In this document: positions 38,074 to 48,007 of the stretch, piece by piece | Position numbering within the stretch: the stretch's first letter is position 1 | How the letters are laid out: each line of letters begins with the position of its first letter | Source: an uncultured Patescibacteria group bacterium | Lineage (GTDB): Bacteria; Patescibacteriota; Microgenomatia; UBA1400; PJMF01 | Direction: 5' to 3' | NCBI GenBank assembly: GCA_905478415.1 | Contig: CAJQIG010000001.1 | Location: forward strand, 72,818-136,817 | DNA length: 64,000 bases | Position numbers and translations under genes: made by a program | Notes under the pieces: model-generated | Databases searched by the model: none | Seen by the model: only the letters and a program-made list of their open reading frames with translations | Told to the model about the DNA's origin: nothing

Positions 38074-39247
38074 TGAGGAGTGTTTCTAAAATAATTGTGG
38101 CAGATTCTTCCCAAGAAAAACGTTTTGTTTGTTTGATACCTCGCCGTTTCCAGATTAGCTTTTGTCTGGGTGTGGCAGTGTAGACTTCATACATTTTTTC
38201 TGCAATCTGAAGTGGAATAAGTGGGTCCGCCATCAATCCAGCATCGCCTACTACTTCTGGTAAACTTGTAGTTGTAGAAACTACAACTGGTGTTCCATAG
38301 TAGAGTGATTCGAGCGGTGGAATTCCAAAGCCTTCAAAAAGGCCCATTAAAGTGCTGGTAAAGGCTCCTTCATAGAGCACTTGTTTTTCTTTATCAGAAA
38401 TAAACCCGGTTTGAATAATATATTTTTTGAGGGGTGAGCTGTGCATACGCTCTATAATTGGTTCTGCCAGCCAGCCGATTTTACCAGCAAGAACAAGCTG
38501 TGGAGTCTGTTTTGAAGTGGGCTTTTGGTTTTTATCGGGCAGTGAGCGGCTTGCAACCAGCCGTGTAAACGTTTCATAGGCTTCAATCAGAGTAGTGATA
38601 TTCTTTCGTGGTTGAAGCGTGCCAACGAAAAGAATAAATGGTTTTTTAATTTTAAACTTTCGGAGTGTTTTTTTTCGAAAGTAGTTGCTTATTTTGTGTT
38701 TGGTTATGGTAGTTCCTGGGTAGGCAACAATTACATCTTCGGCCTCTCTTTGATATGAGTTAATGACACACTTTTTAGTAAACTCACTAATAGCAATAAC
38801 TTTTTTAGCAGCTTTGACACTATATTCAGTCCAGTTGGTAAGTTTTAAGGTATCTGTTTTTTTAAACTGTTCGGGGTATGAAAGGTAAGCAGTATCCATA
38901 ACTGAACTCACATACGGAATAGGACAAAAACGAGGAGCATAGTGACCAGGAGTAAAAAAAACATCATAGGTATTTTTGTGTAGAAAAAGGTGAATTGGTA
39001 AAGCCCATTGGGTCCAAAATGTCACAGGTGTAACGACTCGATAGTGCCAATTATTTCTTTCCGATGGTAAATCGGCATTTGGCTCATTAGCAAGTACTAT
39101 TGTGATACACAAATCAGTTCTCTTTTTGGTTAGGCTGTAGAGTGCTTCCAAAATTTTGAATGCATATACATTGCTACCTACACGGCTGGGAGTATTGGCT
39201 TCGTTACCATCAATGGCAATATGATAGGTTGCATTAGTAGCTATCAT
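38057..39247 (-). CDS. Glycosyltransferase family 4
   Basis: GT4 fold. Start chosen at MIATNATYHIAIDG (39247), giving a 4-nt overlap with the upstream GT4. The 3' end overlaps the ruvC start by 17 nt. Confidence 0.7.
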   Translation of the reverse strand: MIATNATYHIAIDGNEANTPSRVGSNVYAFKILEALYSLTKKRTDLCITIVLANEPNADLPSERNNWHYRVVTPVTFWTQWALPIHLFLHKNTYDVFFTPGHYAPRFCPIPYVSSVMDTAYLSYPEQFKKTDTLKLTNWTEYSVKAAKKVIAISEFTKKCVINSYQREAEDVIVAYPGTTITKHKISNYFRKKTLRKFKIKKPFILFVGTLQPRKNITTLIEAYETFTRLVASRSLPDKNQKPTSKQTPQLVLAGKIGWLAEPIIERMHSSPLKKYIIQTGFISDKEKQVLYEGAFTSTLMGLFEGFGIPPLESLYYGTPVVVSTTTSLPEVVGDAGLMADPLIPLQIAEKMYEVYTATPRQKLIWKRRGIKQTKRFSWEESATIILETLLNVTKT

Positions 39248-40386
39248 TTGGTATTTTCCTGGTACTCTTTGCACACTTTTTCATAGACAGCTAGTGTTTC
39301 CTTCGCAACTCGCTTCCAACTAAACATTTGTTGACGAATAATCATGCGTTGTAAACGTTTTTGTTGGGCATCTGGTTTTTCGTTAAGTACTGTTTCCAGA
39401 CCTTTTCTAATACCTTCTATATTGAGTGGATCGACTAGTTCGGCGGCATTACCAGCTACTTCCATCATTCCTGAATTATTTGAAGTAACTACAGGTGTGC
39501 CATGATGAAAAGCCTCTAAAATTGGTAATCCAAAGCCCTCATAGAGTGAAGGATAGGCAAAGAGTTCAGCTTCACCGTAAAGAACTGAAAGTTCTTCATC
39601 AGAGACTCTTCCAAGGAATCGAAGTCCGGGCATAATCGATTTTTCCGATTCATCCCATCCAGCTGAACCAGCAATTATAAGATCAATTTCTGGTGAAAGT
39701 GGTTGCCAGGCTTGAATGAGTCGATCTAAGTTTTTTCTTGGCTCTCTTGTGCCGACAAACAATAGGTATGGTTTTTCTAAACGTAAATGAGTTTTAATTT
39801 GTTCAGCTGTTTCTTCCGAAATTGCTGCATTCACTTCTTTAACTTCCATTGGCAAGGCTTCATGGACAACGTCTACGAGGTAACTTGGATAACCTAAAAG
39901 ATCAATAATATCTTTTTTGGTTGCTCTACTGACAGCGATCAAGCGAGTTTGTCGTTCTTGTAGCAGAGACCAGGCTTTTTGATGCTGACGGAGAATATCT
40001 TTGTGAGCACTCTCAGGAAACTTTAGGATTGCTAAATCATGAATTGTTGATACTAGAGGCAGCGTGGTAACTGGTGGCTGAAGCCAATCCCAAGAATGGA
40101 AAATACTTGCCGAAGTTACTTTTGAAGAAAATGTGTTTTTTTTGAGAGTGTGCCAGAGCAACGTAAGAAGCGAGGGAGGGAAAGACTGAAACTCAGTTTG
40201 AATTGATCGATTGTAGAATTGCTTTAGAGTTTCGGCAAAGGTGATTAATTGGTTTTTTTGACGAAGCGAAGATCCATACAGAACTAGGTCATGATTTTCT
40301 TCAATCAATGCTCTCACAAGGTTACTTGTATATCGGGAGACACCACGTTTATAGATAATAGAAGTGATATCGATTGCAATGTTCAT
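39244..40386 (-). CDS. Glycosyltransferase family 4
   Basis: 380 aa. The C-terminal motif YEGFGLPILEAFHHGTPVV is GT4 Glycos_transf_1. Confidence 0.75.
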   Translation of the reverse strand: MNIAIDITSIIYKRGVSRYTSNLVRALIEENHDLVLYGSSLRQKNQLITFAETLKQFYNRSIQTEFQSFPPSLLTLLWHTLKKNTFSSKVTSASIFHSWDWLQPPVTTLPLVSTIHDLAILKFPESAHKDILRQHQKAWSLLQERQTRLIAVSRATKKDIIDLLGYPSYLVDVVHEALPMEVKEVNAAISEETAEQIKTHLRLEKPYLLFVGTREPRKNLDRLIQAWQPLSPEIDLIIAGSAGWDESEKSIMPGLRFLGRVSDEELSVLYGEAELFAYPSLYEGFGLPILEAFHHGTPVVTSNNSGMMEVAGNAAELVDPLNIEGIRKGLETVLNEKPDAQQKRLQRMIIRQQMFSWKRVAKETLAVYEKVCKEYQENTK

Positions 40387-40391
40387 AAAAT

Positions 40392-41885
40392 TTATCTACT
40401 TTCAGATAACTGTGCTTGTGAGCGAGCGTAGACACGCACAAAACCAATATTTGGATAATCGATTTGGTCTACTTCTCTGTAACCAAAATCTTTGACTACT
40501 TGTAACAGTGTATCATGTGGATCAGTCAGAGTCCTCAAGTGATCGAAGACAAGTATGTAGTCATACTCAGTCAAATATTTCATTTTTTCTGGTAGGTCAG
40601 GAATAACATCGGTAGTCAATGCTCCGGTTGAAAAACTTGGATAGTTCGCAGAGTCATACCACCTCCATGGGGCAAAGGCCTCAGGAAATGAAAAGACAAC
40701 TACACTATTATTTGGATAAGTAGTTGTAATTTGAGTGTGGAGATCTCTCCAATTCTCTCTTTGAAGTTGAGGTTTCGTGTAGTAACTGAAGAGTGAAACA
40801 GTAGAAATGATACACAAAGTGCTCAGTCCTAAAATAGCTGATTTTTTAAGTAACAAGTCTTTTTGATTTTTTCCCCAAAGAATAAGATAGGCCAGTCCTA
40901 ATAAGAATCCCGGCTGAATAAGCAGGACTCGTTTTGGTCTGACCACTGGCACAATAAAAGAAATAATCCATGCGGTTAGTAGTGGAATAATGAACCAGCT
41001 GATGAGAATCAGCAGCTCTTTTTTTTGCCACACTTTTTTATTTTTTTTATAGTAGTTCCAACCAAGGAAAGTAAATGAAGTCACAAGAATCATTCCTGAA
41101 ATGAGAAAGAAAGCACTGGCATCTAGCAAAAGTACTCCATACACAAATTTGGCGATAGTTAGAGGAAGTGCTTTTAATTGTGGAATACTCACAACTTCTG
41201 ACCACCCGGGTAATGCAGCCTGCACCTGTTGACCTTTGGTAAGTTGTTTGAAGAAAGTTGGAAGCCAAGGTGCATAGGCAATGGCAACGACAGCGAGCGT
41301 TTTGACTAGGTAACCAAAACGTTTTTTTTCAGAAAAGAGAACATAGAAAATTTGTCCGAGTACTAAAAAGGGATACAAGTAGGATGAAAAAAGACCAAGC
41401 CAAGTGCTGACTCCATAGAGGACATAGGTTTTTAAAGGTTTTTTGTCTTGCACTGCATTCAACAGGAACCACCAAGAAAGGACTGCAAAGGCAGCTGGAA
41501 GTGCATAGGGTCTGAGTTCCTGAGAAAAATAGACATGAAAGGAGGAAATACTGAGTAAAAACCCAGCTATTAACCCAACTGAAGGTGAAAAGTATTTTTT
41601 ACCTATTTTTATGGTGTAGATAATACTGATTATTCCAGGAATAAGAGCTCCCCAAAGTCGCAGCCAAGCTTCGGCAGTAGAGATGCGCAAACTTGCAAAA
41701 GTAATCAGATGCAAGAGTGGTGGTTGAAAGTCAGCAATTATGTTGAACTGTTCACTGAGTGGGCGGGCACTCTCGAGAGCTTGCGCAGCCTCATCAAGCC
41801 AGAGTGAGCCACTCAAAAGTGGAATTCTGAGAGCGAGCCCAAGTAACACAATTGCTAGAGCTTGTTTAAAGAAGCTATGTTTCAT
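40392..41885 (-). CDS. Polytopic GT-C (GT39/GT83 ArnT/PMT-like) membrane glycosyltransferase
   Basis: 497 aa with about 12 transmembrane helices. The first periplasmic loop LSGSLWLDEAAQ carries the DE-type motif of lipid-linked-sugar-dependent glycosyltransferases. Confidence 0.65.
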   Translation of the reverse strand: MKHSFFKQALAIVLLGLALRIPLLSGSLWLDEAAQALESARPLSEQFNIIADFQPPLLHLITFASLRISTAEAWLRLWGALIPGIISIIYTIKIGKKYFSPSVGLIAGFLLSISSFHVYFSQELRPYALPAAFAVLSWWFLLNAVQDKKPLKTYVLYGVSTWLGLFSSYLYPFLVLGQIFYVLFSEKKRFGYLVKTLAVVAIAYAPWLPTFFKQLTKGQQVQAALPGWSEVVSIPQLKALPLTIAKFVYGVLLLDASAFFLISGMILVTSFTFLGWNYYKKNKKVWQKKELLILISWFIIPLLTAWIISFIVPVVRPKRVLLIQPGFLLGLAYLILWGKNQKDLLLKKSAILGLSTLCIISTVSLFSYYTKPQLQRENWRDLHTQITTTYPNNSVVVFSFPEAFAPWRWYDSANYPSFSTGALTTDVIPDLPEKMKYLTEYDYILVFDHLRTLTDPHDTLLQVVKDFGYREVDQIDYPNIGFVRVYARSQAQLSESR

Positions 41886-41967
41886 AGATTCATTATATGG
41901 GTAAATAGGTTCTAGGTGAAGACAAGAAGCACTCCACCCTCAAAGTAATGTCTGCTACAATGCGGCT
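41886..41967. promoter_or_regulatory. Divergent intergenic promoter region
   Basis: 82-nt spacer between the divergent GT-C (minus) and UXS (plus) genes. A TACAAT lies 8 nt before the UXS ATG, which would give an almost leaderless mRNA. Exact elements are uncertain. Confidence 0.3.
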
Positions 41968-42942
41968 ATGCATGCATTTTTACACGAAAAAACAGTGGTA
42001 GTTACTGGCGCAGCTGGTTTTTTAGGGTCACATCTGTGTGACCGACTACTTGATGCGGGTAGTACCGTTATTGGTGTCGATAATTTTATTACTGGTAGGC
42101 GTGAAAACCTAGCACACCTAGAAAAAAACGAAGCTTTTACTTTTATTGAAGCCGATGTTAACAGTGAACCACAAAGCTATTTGAAAGATTCTATTCCGGA
42201 TGTAGTTCTCCACTTTGCTTCTCCTGCCTCTCCCCCACGCTACCAGGAACATCCAACTGAAACATACTTAGTTAACTCGTATGCAACACATTTATTACTG
42301 AGTTTTCTTAAAAAAGTGAATCCTCAGGCGCGGTTTTTATTTGCAGGAACCTCTGAGGCGTATGGCGACCCGGCCGTGCACCCACAACCAGAAACCTATT
42401 GGGGAAATGTGAATCCAAACGGTATTCGCTCTTGCTATGATGAAGCTAAGCGCATGGGGGAAACGGTCTGTGGAGTATTTCATAGAGATATGGGCATGGA
42501 TACCAGGATTGTCAGAATTTTTAATACCTATGGTCCGCGGATGAATCCGGCCGATGGACGAGTCATTCCTAATTTTGTCATGCAAGCACTTCGAGGTGAG
42601 GCTGTAACTATCTATGGAGATGGTACCCAAACCCGTTCATATTGTTTCGTTGATGATTTAGTTTCTGGTATTCTCACCTTTCTCGTTCACCCTGATTTAG
42701 CCGGAGAAACTCTGAACATTGGAAATCCTGAAGAGTTTACTATTTTAGAAACTGCTCGGGAGATTGAAAAAATCGTTGGCGAAGTAATACACACCTTTGA
42801 ATCATTACCAGGAGATGATCCCATGCGTCGTCAACCAGATATTTCAAAAGCCAAAAGATTGCTCGGCTGGGAACCGAAAGTTACTTTTGGTGAAGGTTTA
42901 CAGCAGACAATCGAGTATTTTAGAACGCAACTGGATAGTTAA
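41968..42942 (+). CDS. UDP-glucuronate decarboxylase (UDP-xylose synthase), extended SDR
   Basis: 324 aa with [19 protein letters not shown], the catalytic [14 protein letters not shown] (YxxxK) and [10 protein letters not shown]. All match UXS/ArnA-C-type decarboxylases. Confidence 0.75.
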   Translation: MHAFLHEKTVVVTGAAGFLGSHLCDRLLDAGSTVIGVDNFITGRRENLAHLEKNEAFTFIEADVNSEPQSYLKDSIPDVVLHFASPASPPRYQEHPTETYLVNSYATHLLLSFLKKVNPQARFLFAGTSEAYGDPAVHPQPETYWGNVNPNGIRSCYDEAKRMGETVCGVFHRDMGMDTRIVRIFNTYGPRMNPADGRVIPNFVMQALRGEAVTIYGDGTQTRSYCFVDDLVSGILTFLVHPDLAGETLNIGNPEEFTILETAREIEKIVGEVIHTFESLPGDDPMRRQPDISKAKRLLGWEPKVTFGEGLQQTIEYFRTQLDS

Positions 42943-43226
42943 TAATTTCTTTGTGAACCGTCCCGAGCAATAACTTGTTCGTTTTCCCAGTATAGTACCT
43001 GTCCATTTCGAGAAATTCCAATCGGTTGCCCCTCTTCCAATACATCATTTTCATCGACTGAGTACTCAAAGTTAGCTGGGGTAATTTGACCTCGAAAGGT
43101 TGTTGCTCCACAGAGGGTAATAAAGGCTGTACCTAACACTTCATTCTCAAAAGGGTGAGGAGAGAGTTCTATTTTTTCTGTGTCTGTTTTTCTAAACTTT
43201 GCGTACTTTTCTTTTGGTCTACTCAC
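42939..43226 (-). CDS. Hypothetical protein (95 aa)
   Basis: ORF with no recognisable motifs. Overlaps the 3' end of the convergent UXS gene by 4 nt and lies 32 nt downstream of the acidic protein gene. Confidence 0.4.
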   Translation of the reverse strand: MSRPKEKYAKFRKTDTEKIELSPHPFENEVLGTAFITLCGATTFRGQITPANFEYSVDENDVLEEGQPIGISRNGQVLYWENEQVIARDGSQRNY

Positions 43227-43258
43227 GGGCAGTCTTTCTTTCTATTTTTATACTCTAG

Positions 43259-44257
43259 TTAGTTAAGTGACGGATCAATTGGTTTACTAGGATCAGTTGG
43301 ATCAGTGGGTAAAATAAGATTTGCATCTTGGTCAGCTGCACTGAAGATAAGGATGGCAATACCACCAGCTTCTCGATATCCTTGGATGAGCCCTTTGACC
43401 ATTGGAAAGTTTACACTGACATGAGGAAGAAAGAGTGTTTCCATCTCTCCTCCGTCGGCTGGAATCAGCTGAAGCATAAACATGCCAGCTTCAATTCCTG
43501 CTTCAAAGAAAATATATTGTTCTCCCGAATTTAGTTCGACTCCGTAGCCATCATATTCATCGTCTTCTTCGAAGTCATCTTCGTAACCTAGGTCATCTCC
43601 ATATTCAGCATAGTATTGGTCTTCTTCGGTCCATTCGTCACCATAGTCGTTATAATCTGGGTTATCCTCATCCATGTAGGAGTTTGGATCGTCTAGTATG
43701 TTGTCGACGGTAGTGAGCATTTCGTCAATGTCATCTAAATCTTGGTAGTCTTCTGCCCATCCGTCAGAGTTGAATTCACCTGCTTTACCAGCATCATAAA
43801 TCACAATTTCTGTAGCAGTGGTGTTTGGTTTTGTCGGTGGACCAATATAGGTATCCAGTTCGGCAAACGCAGGATCTAAAAAAGCTAAGTCAAATCCAGG
43901 TGCATCTTTGTAACTAGCTTCTTTTGAAATGTGAGGTTTAACCATACCTTCGGCGGGTCCCGAATTAAATGTTTGATTTGATTTTTTGGGCTCACTCTCT
44001 TTTTCGAAGGCAGGAATGTATTGAGATCTTATCCATTCGCCATCGACTTCAGTTAAGCGATAGTGTGGCATGTGATCAGCTTTTTCAGAGTGAATAAAAT
44101 CTAGAGCCTGATTGACTTCGAGAATAATGGCTTGCAGTTTGGCCACGTAGCCAGCAGGTTTTTTTTCGTAGAGGGATTCAAGGGTGGTTAGTAATTGAGG
44201 GAGCCGCTCAGTTTTATAGTATTCTTTCAGTACTTGTAAATCTCGCTCTTGTTTCAT
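43259..44257 (-). CDS. Hypothetical highly acidic protein with a D/E/Y-rich low-complexity core
   Basis: 332 aa with a helical N-terminus, a central DEDNPDYNDYGDEWTEEDQYYAEYGDDLGYEDDFEEDDEYDGYG stretch and a conserved-looking C-terminus (FEAGIEAGMFMLQLIPADGGEMETLFLPHVSVNFPMVKGL). Confidence 0.55.
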   Translation of the reverse strand: MKQERDLQVLKEYYKTERLPQLLTTLESLYEKKPAGYVAKLQAIILEVNQALDFIHSEKADHMPHYRLTEVDGEWIRSQYIPAFEKESEPKKSNQTFNSGPAEGMVKPHISKEASYKDAPGFDLAFLDPAFAELDTYIGPPTKPNTTATEIVIYDAGKAGEFNSDGWAEDYQDLDDIDEMLTTVDNILDDPNSYMDEDNPDYNDYGDEWTEEDQYYAEYGDDLGYEDDFEEDDEYDGYGVELNSGEQYIFFEAGIEAGMFMLQLIPADGGEMETLFLPHVSVNFPMVKGLIQGYREAGGIAILIFSAADQDANLILPTDPTDPSKPIDPSLN

Positions 44258-44278
44258 ATGTTTGTTTCTACTTTTTTA

Positions 44279-44303
44279 CAAAAAAAAACACCCATTTGGG
44301 TGT
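44279..44303 (-). terminator. Rho-independent terminator downstream of the 1182-aa membrane protein gene
   Basis: ACACCCA-TT-TGGGTGT hairpin (44288-44303) followed on the minus strand by U9. Confidence 0.6.
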
Positions 44304-44415
44304 TAACGTTTATACTAGGTGTTACGGTAAAATTGATACTGTTGTTCCATCTGGTAGAAGTATAACAGAGGTTGGAATTTCTTCAAGACAGCAGCAGTGT
44401 GTAACTTGAGTTCAA

Positions 44416-47400
44416 TTATTCTACTTTCTTAAAACTATAGCTCCATTTAGCAGCATTCTTTGAGAATTCAATGAACCTATCTCCAGTAGTATTTGAGAGT
44501 CCACTTGCTAAGAAAGTTATGTTGCTTCCCTCTTTCTGGTAAGAAAATTGGGCTGCTGATTGATTTGGTTTCATGTCGCCCGAAATAATATAAATATTTT
44601 TAGATGGTAACTTTTCAAGTCTTGGCAAGACTTGTTGAATCATAAAACTATCTGCACTGCTTGGTGAGTTGGATATGCTCATTTGACTCATGCTTTGTAA
44701 ATTAGCATCATATCCGACCCAGTTGGCTCGGTCGATGAAGATGAAAACTGTTGAGATAGTATCCATTTTTTCCAAATCGAGTATCTGGTTGAGAATGTAG
44801 TGCTGTTGAAGCTGGGTCGTCTCCCCTTTTTGATTAGTTGAAATAAAGAGGAAATAATCTTCAGGAGTATAGAAATGGTGATAGGCAGTTTCAAATTTCT
44901 TTTGAGGAAGTAGGTCAAAATTTCCGGGAGCAAAGAGTGTTGGTGGTGCTTCTGGAGTTTCAAGATAGAGTTGTGAGAGCGCATCGATTTGTTCTTGATC
45001 ATAGTTGTAGAGAATATCACCCGTAATGACTGAAAATTCAGCTTCTTTACCCACTTGTTTGTAAGCTGAAACTAAGGCAGAAAGTGAATGGACAGAAAGG
45101 TTTTCAGCAAAACTGAAACGTGTACTTGCAACAGTAAAGCGATAGTCTTCGGGCAGTGTTTCCAACTGTAATGGTGCATTGATTGTTTTTGGGGTTGGAG
45201 AGGTAAACGGGAGTTGCTCTCGTACTTGGTAGAGTATGCACGTATAGTTGCATCCGAGTCGGATAATATCTAGGTCAAACTCAGTATGTAAGGCTGAAAA
45301 ACTAGGTGTTGTGTTCGCATCAAGATCGAAGTTACTTGCAAAGAGAGAGTTTGATGCAAGTATTTGGTGATAGAGCGCAGTTAGGTTTTTATAACTGTGA
45401 TCTTCTTCCCAGACACTATTGGGATGGTCCATGTAGGTTTGTTCTTTTGAAAGCGGTAACAAAGTATACATGCCATTACTAAACATATCTACATAGTATG
45501 GATTCATGGCTGTAATAAGATATGGTGTTTTAGTAGGATCGAAGAATGGATTCTCACCGACCGTATTTTCGTAAAAGAAGTCATTAATTTGACTGACCGC
45601 AGTGTAGCGCCAATTGGGCTGGGTGCTTCTAAAGTTTTGAAGCGTAGTCTCTAAAGTTGTACGAGAAAGATAGGTGAAAGTAAAAAGTATGCTCGCTAAG
45701 GTAACAGTGCCTACTTTTAACATTGGGATAAAAAGATGTGTCAAGCCTTTTTGATGTTCAAACTTTTGATACAACCATTCGAGAGCAAAGGCAAATCCTA
45801 GTATAAGGAGTGCAATGAGTGCGGCTGTAGTATCTGCTACAAGTAAGGCAACAACTCCGGTAGCAATGGCACCAAATAGAGTGATGGCTCTTGATCTTTG
45901 AGTTAGAGGCAGAGTCAGTAAGAGCAAAAATAACAAGAAGATCCCTGCAGAAGGCGTACTAACAGCAGTGATAAAGGCTTGACTTGAAATTAAAAGAACC
46001 AGTGCTGTAGTACGAATAAAAGCATGTTTACTTATTTTTTTAAGGAGTTGTGTAAACATCCACAAGCTAGTTAAGGATAGAGTCAGGTTGAAAACAAAGT
46101 ATATACCTGGATTATTATAGATTTTTAGTAATGGTAGTAACAAAATTGCATATAGATCTAATCTAGCTGGGTAAACAGCGGAGCCTCTACAGAGTTCTAC
46201 CGTTCCTGTTCGCAAAAAACAACGGGCAGCTGCGATGTGTTCTGCGCCACTGGGGTTAGCCGCAAAGTTGAGCACTGCACTTCTCTCTGCAAATGGATTT
46301 TGGTACACCAAGAAGAAAAAGCAGGTTCCAAAGAGAAGTAGTACCCCATATTTGGTGACATATTTTTTAAGACTTCGTCCAAGATCTACAGCTTTTGTTT
46401 GTGCTTGCACCGGATGTGCAATATAGTAGCTGGCTAGTATAATTCCTGAGAGCGACCAAAAGGTGAAGGCAACTTTAGAAGCAGCAAAAACATCAATAGT
46501 CAGGGCATTGAGAAGCAGGCCAACTGTGCCAGCAATAAAACCAATATTCAATGTTTTAATAAGTGAGTCAGTGGCAGTAGTTGTTCGATATGCTGTTTTG
46601 AGAAGGTAGAAGACACTTCCAAAAAAAAGTATAAATCCAAGGAGACCCGTTTCTCCAAGCACGCGCAAGTAGTTATTATCAGTGCTATCTGCTTCGGTAT
46701 AGACGGTGGTATCGCCTTTTGTAAGCGTGGCATAGCCACTGCCAGTGAGTGGGTTCTTCATAAAACCTTTGAGAGCGAGTGGCCAGAGCGTGTCTAAACG
46801 AATTCCCATCGATAGACCATACTTGAGCGCATTTTCACTCCAAGTTCTTTCTTTCTCAACCAGTCGATAGGTGGTTACTCCTGTCTCAGGATCAGTGATA
46901 GCAATCTGCACTAAATCGGGGACATCTATATATACGTCATCAGGCTTTAAATTACCTTCGGGAGAACGGTTTTCACCCGGTAACTTAAGTGGTGAATTTA
47001 CAGGTAGTTTAGCATCAATTTTTAGTACAATAGCATGAACGGGAGGAACCGTTTTACTCAGTACGGCCAGACTCCTATAAAAATCTGGGGCAATAAAAAG
47101 TACCCCAAAGACAATAGTTATGCCACCGAGTAGAGAAAGAGTTGCCCACTTAAGGATAGTGGTCACAGACCGATGTGTTTCTTTAAATTTAAAGAAAAGA
47201 ACTATGGCGATGGTGACGCCATAGGCAGCCAGCGAACTTTTGCTTGATCCGGCTATCAGCAACCAAACTCCAGCAATTTGCGCCGCGATAAGGCCAATCT
47301 TTGCTCTGTTACTTTTGGTACTCAGCAGGACGGCAAATAAAAGAGGTAGCACGAGCACTAGGTAGGCAGTTAAGTCATAATGGCCGGCAAAGGTGCTTTG

Positions 47401-47961
47401 CACACGTGCAAATTCATTGAGATATAAGGCTTCACCCTTACTATATTCTCTGTTCATTGTTGAATAGAGGGGCCAGTGTAAGTATTTTTGTCCAGCACCA
47501 TAGACAGCTATGGCCAGAACAGTTGTCGCCAAGACTATCAAAAAAAGTTTAACATCACTTCTCTTTTTGATGGCACTAAAGGTAAAGAAAAAAAGTAGGA
47601 AGTATTCAATGTATCGAAAAAGATGCAAGCCACTTTTTCCAATGTGAATGAGTTGCGGAGGTATAGTGGTGGTTAAAAAGAGACCAAACAATATTGAAAT
47701 GAAGCCAACAAGTATGTAGAGTAAGATCAAAAAGGTAAGCGGTGTTTTCCATGCAATCTTTTTTCTGAGTACTTGCACAAACCAAATAATTGCTGTGATG
47801 AAGACTAAGATATCTTCGGCTCGTGCTCTAACAATATAACCAGGAAGGACATCAAAAAGTGGAATTTTGGGAAAGAGTGGAATAAAGGCAAAAAGAAAAG
47901 CTGTTGTGATTAACAGTGCAGAAGTGTCAAACCAGTGAGTTATCTTTTTGAGCGGTTGCAT
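44416..47961 (-). CDS. Large fusion membrane protein: Wzy_C/O-antigen-ligase-like N-terminal part plus extra transmembrane segments and a roughly 420-aa C-terminal extracytoplasmic domain
   Basis: Start chosen at MQPLKKITHWFD (47961), by analogy with the paralog at 32533-34212. The first 560 aa align block-for-block with that paralog. The C-terminal domain has metallophosphoesterase-like strings (ITGDILYNYD, FAPGNFDL, IYIISGDMKPN), which is only a weak call. Confidence 0.6.
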   Translation of the reverse strand: MQPLKKITHWFDTSALLITTAFLFAFIPLFPKIPLFDVLPGYIVRARAEDILVFITAIIWFVQVLRKKIAWKTPLTFLILLYILVGFISILFGLFLTTTIPPQLIHIGKSGLHLFRYIEYFLLFFFTFSAIKKRSDVKLFLIVLATTVLAIAVYGAGQKYLHWPLYSTMNREYSKGEALYLNEFARVQSTFAGHYDLTAYLVLVLPLLFAVLLSTKSNRAKIGLIAAQIAGVWLLIAGSSKSSLAAYGVTIAIVLFFKFKETHRSVTTILKWATLSLLGGITIVFGVLFIAPDFYRSLAVLSKTVPPVHAIVLKIDAKLPVNSPLKLPGENRSPEGNLKPDDVYIDVPDLVQIAITDPETGVTTYRLVEKERTWSENALKYGLSMGIRLDTLWPLALKGFMKNPLTGSGYATLTKGDTTVYTEADSTDNNYLRVLGETGLLGFILFFGSVFYLLKTAYRTTTATDSLIKTLNIGFIAGTVGLLLNALTIDVFAASKVAFTFWSLSGIILASYYIAHPVQAQTKAVDLGRSLKKYVTKYGVLLLFGTCFFFLVYQNPFAERSAVLNFAANPSGAEHIAAARCFLRTGTVELCRGSAVYPARLDLYAILLLPLLKIYNNPGIYFVFNLTLSLTSLWMFTQLLKKISKHAFIRTTALVLLISSQAFITAVSTPSAGIFLLFLLLLTLPLTQRSRAITLFGAIATGVVALLVADTTAALIALLILGFAFALEWLYQKFEHQKGLTHLFIPMLKVGTVTLASILFTFTYLSRTTLETTLQNFRSTQPNWRYTAVSQINDFFYENTVGENPFFDPTKTPYLITAMNPYYVDMFSNGMYTLLPLSKEQTYMDHPNSVWEEDHSYKNLTALYHQILASNSLFASNFDLDANTTPSFSALHTEFDLDIIRLGCNYTCILYQVREQLPFTSPTPKTINAPLQLETLPEDYRFTVASTRFSFAENLSVHSLSALVSAYKQVGKEAEFSVITGDILYNYDQEQIDALSQLYLETPEAPPTLFAPGNFDLLPQKKFETAYHHFYTPEDYFLFISTNQKGETTQLQQHYILNQILDLEKMDTISTVFIFIDRANWVGYDANLQSMSQMSISNSPSSADSFMIQQVLPRLEKLPSKNIYIISGDMKPNQSAAQFSYQKEGSNITFLASGLSNTTGDRFIEFSKNAAKWSYSFKKVE

Positions 47962-48007
47962 GCTTTTTATTGTATCGTATTTATTTGATGAAATGGATCG
48001 AGATTTG

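Noticed and set aside
44330-44415. tRNA-like GGTTCAATT (T-loop-like) string downstream of the giant membrane gene
   Set aside because: No complementary T-stem, acceptor stem or anticodon arm could be built on either strand. No intergenic region in the window yields a cloverleaf.
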